Position numbers and translations under genes: made by a program
Source: Mizuhopecten yessoensis
Lineage: Eukaryota
Assembly: GCF_002113885.1 (NCBI RefSeq)
Contig: NW_018408679.1
Span: 234,324 to 298,323 of the forward strand
DNA: 64,000 bases
Reading direction: 5' to 3'
Part shown: piece by piece, positions 63,605 to 64,000 of the stretch
How the letters are laid out: the number at the start of each line of letters is the position of its first letter
Position numbering within the stretch: the first letter of the stretch is position 1
The notes under the pieces: model-generated
The model's database searches: none
Seen by the model: the letters and a program-made list of their open reading frames with translations, nothing else
Told to the model about the DNA's origin: nothing

Positions 63605-64000
63605 TTTATTAACGTATAGACATCTCTAAACCTTTATCAACGTACAGACATCTCTTAAACTGTATCAACGTACAGACATCACTAAAACTGTATCAACGTA
63701 TAGACATCTCTAAACCTTTATCAACGTACAGACATCTCTTAAACTGTATCAACGTACAGACATCTCTAAACCTGTATCAACGTATAGACATCTCTTAAAC
63801 TGTATCAACGTACAGACATCTCTAAACCTGTATCAACGTATAGACATCTCTTAAATGTATCAACGTATAGACATCTCTAAAACTGTATCAACGTATAGAC
63901 ACCTCTAAAACTGTATCAACGTATAGACATCTCTAAACCTTTATCAACGTATAGACATCTCTTAAACTGTATCAACGTATAGACATCTCTAAACCTGTAT
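63605..64000. repeat. About 28 bp minisatellite (runs off the window end)
   Basis: Unit TATCAACGTA(T/C)AGACATCTCTAAACCTG. Confidence 0.93.

Overview
AT-rich, repeat-dense eukaryotic genomic DNA with GT-AG introns. The repeat families suggest a bivalve mollusc; this is an inference. Two protein-coding genes are supported, both on the minus strand. (1) An intronless rhodopsin-class peptide GPCR of the sex-peptide/MIP/FMRFamide-receptor-like group (12156-13280). (2) The 3' part of a spliced gene not visible as a single ORF: nine phase-consistent exons from about 62634 down to 38831 give about 376 aa of a pseudokinase followed by a KEN ribonuclease domain, i.e. an RNase L/IRE1-family protein whose N-terminus lies beyond the window. 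Its KEN active-site spacing matches RNase L rather than IRE1, all three core kinase motifs are lost, and the catalytic Arg position of the KEN domain is Tyr. This is the most interesting signal in the window. The rest is transposon material and tandem repeats: Harbinger-like, Mutator-like and Sola-like TIR elements, Helentron/HINE-like elements, tRNA-derived SINEs, a Penelope-like RT fossil, many long hairpin elements sharing a TAGTAAGTATGTRATA motif, and at least eight minisatellites. All family assignments come from motif recognition by eye; no database search was run.
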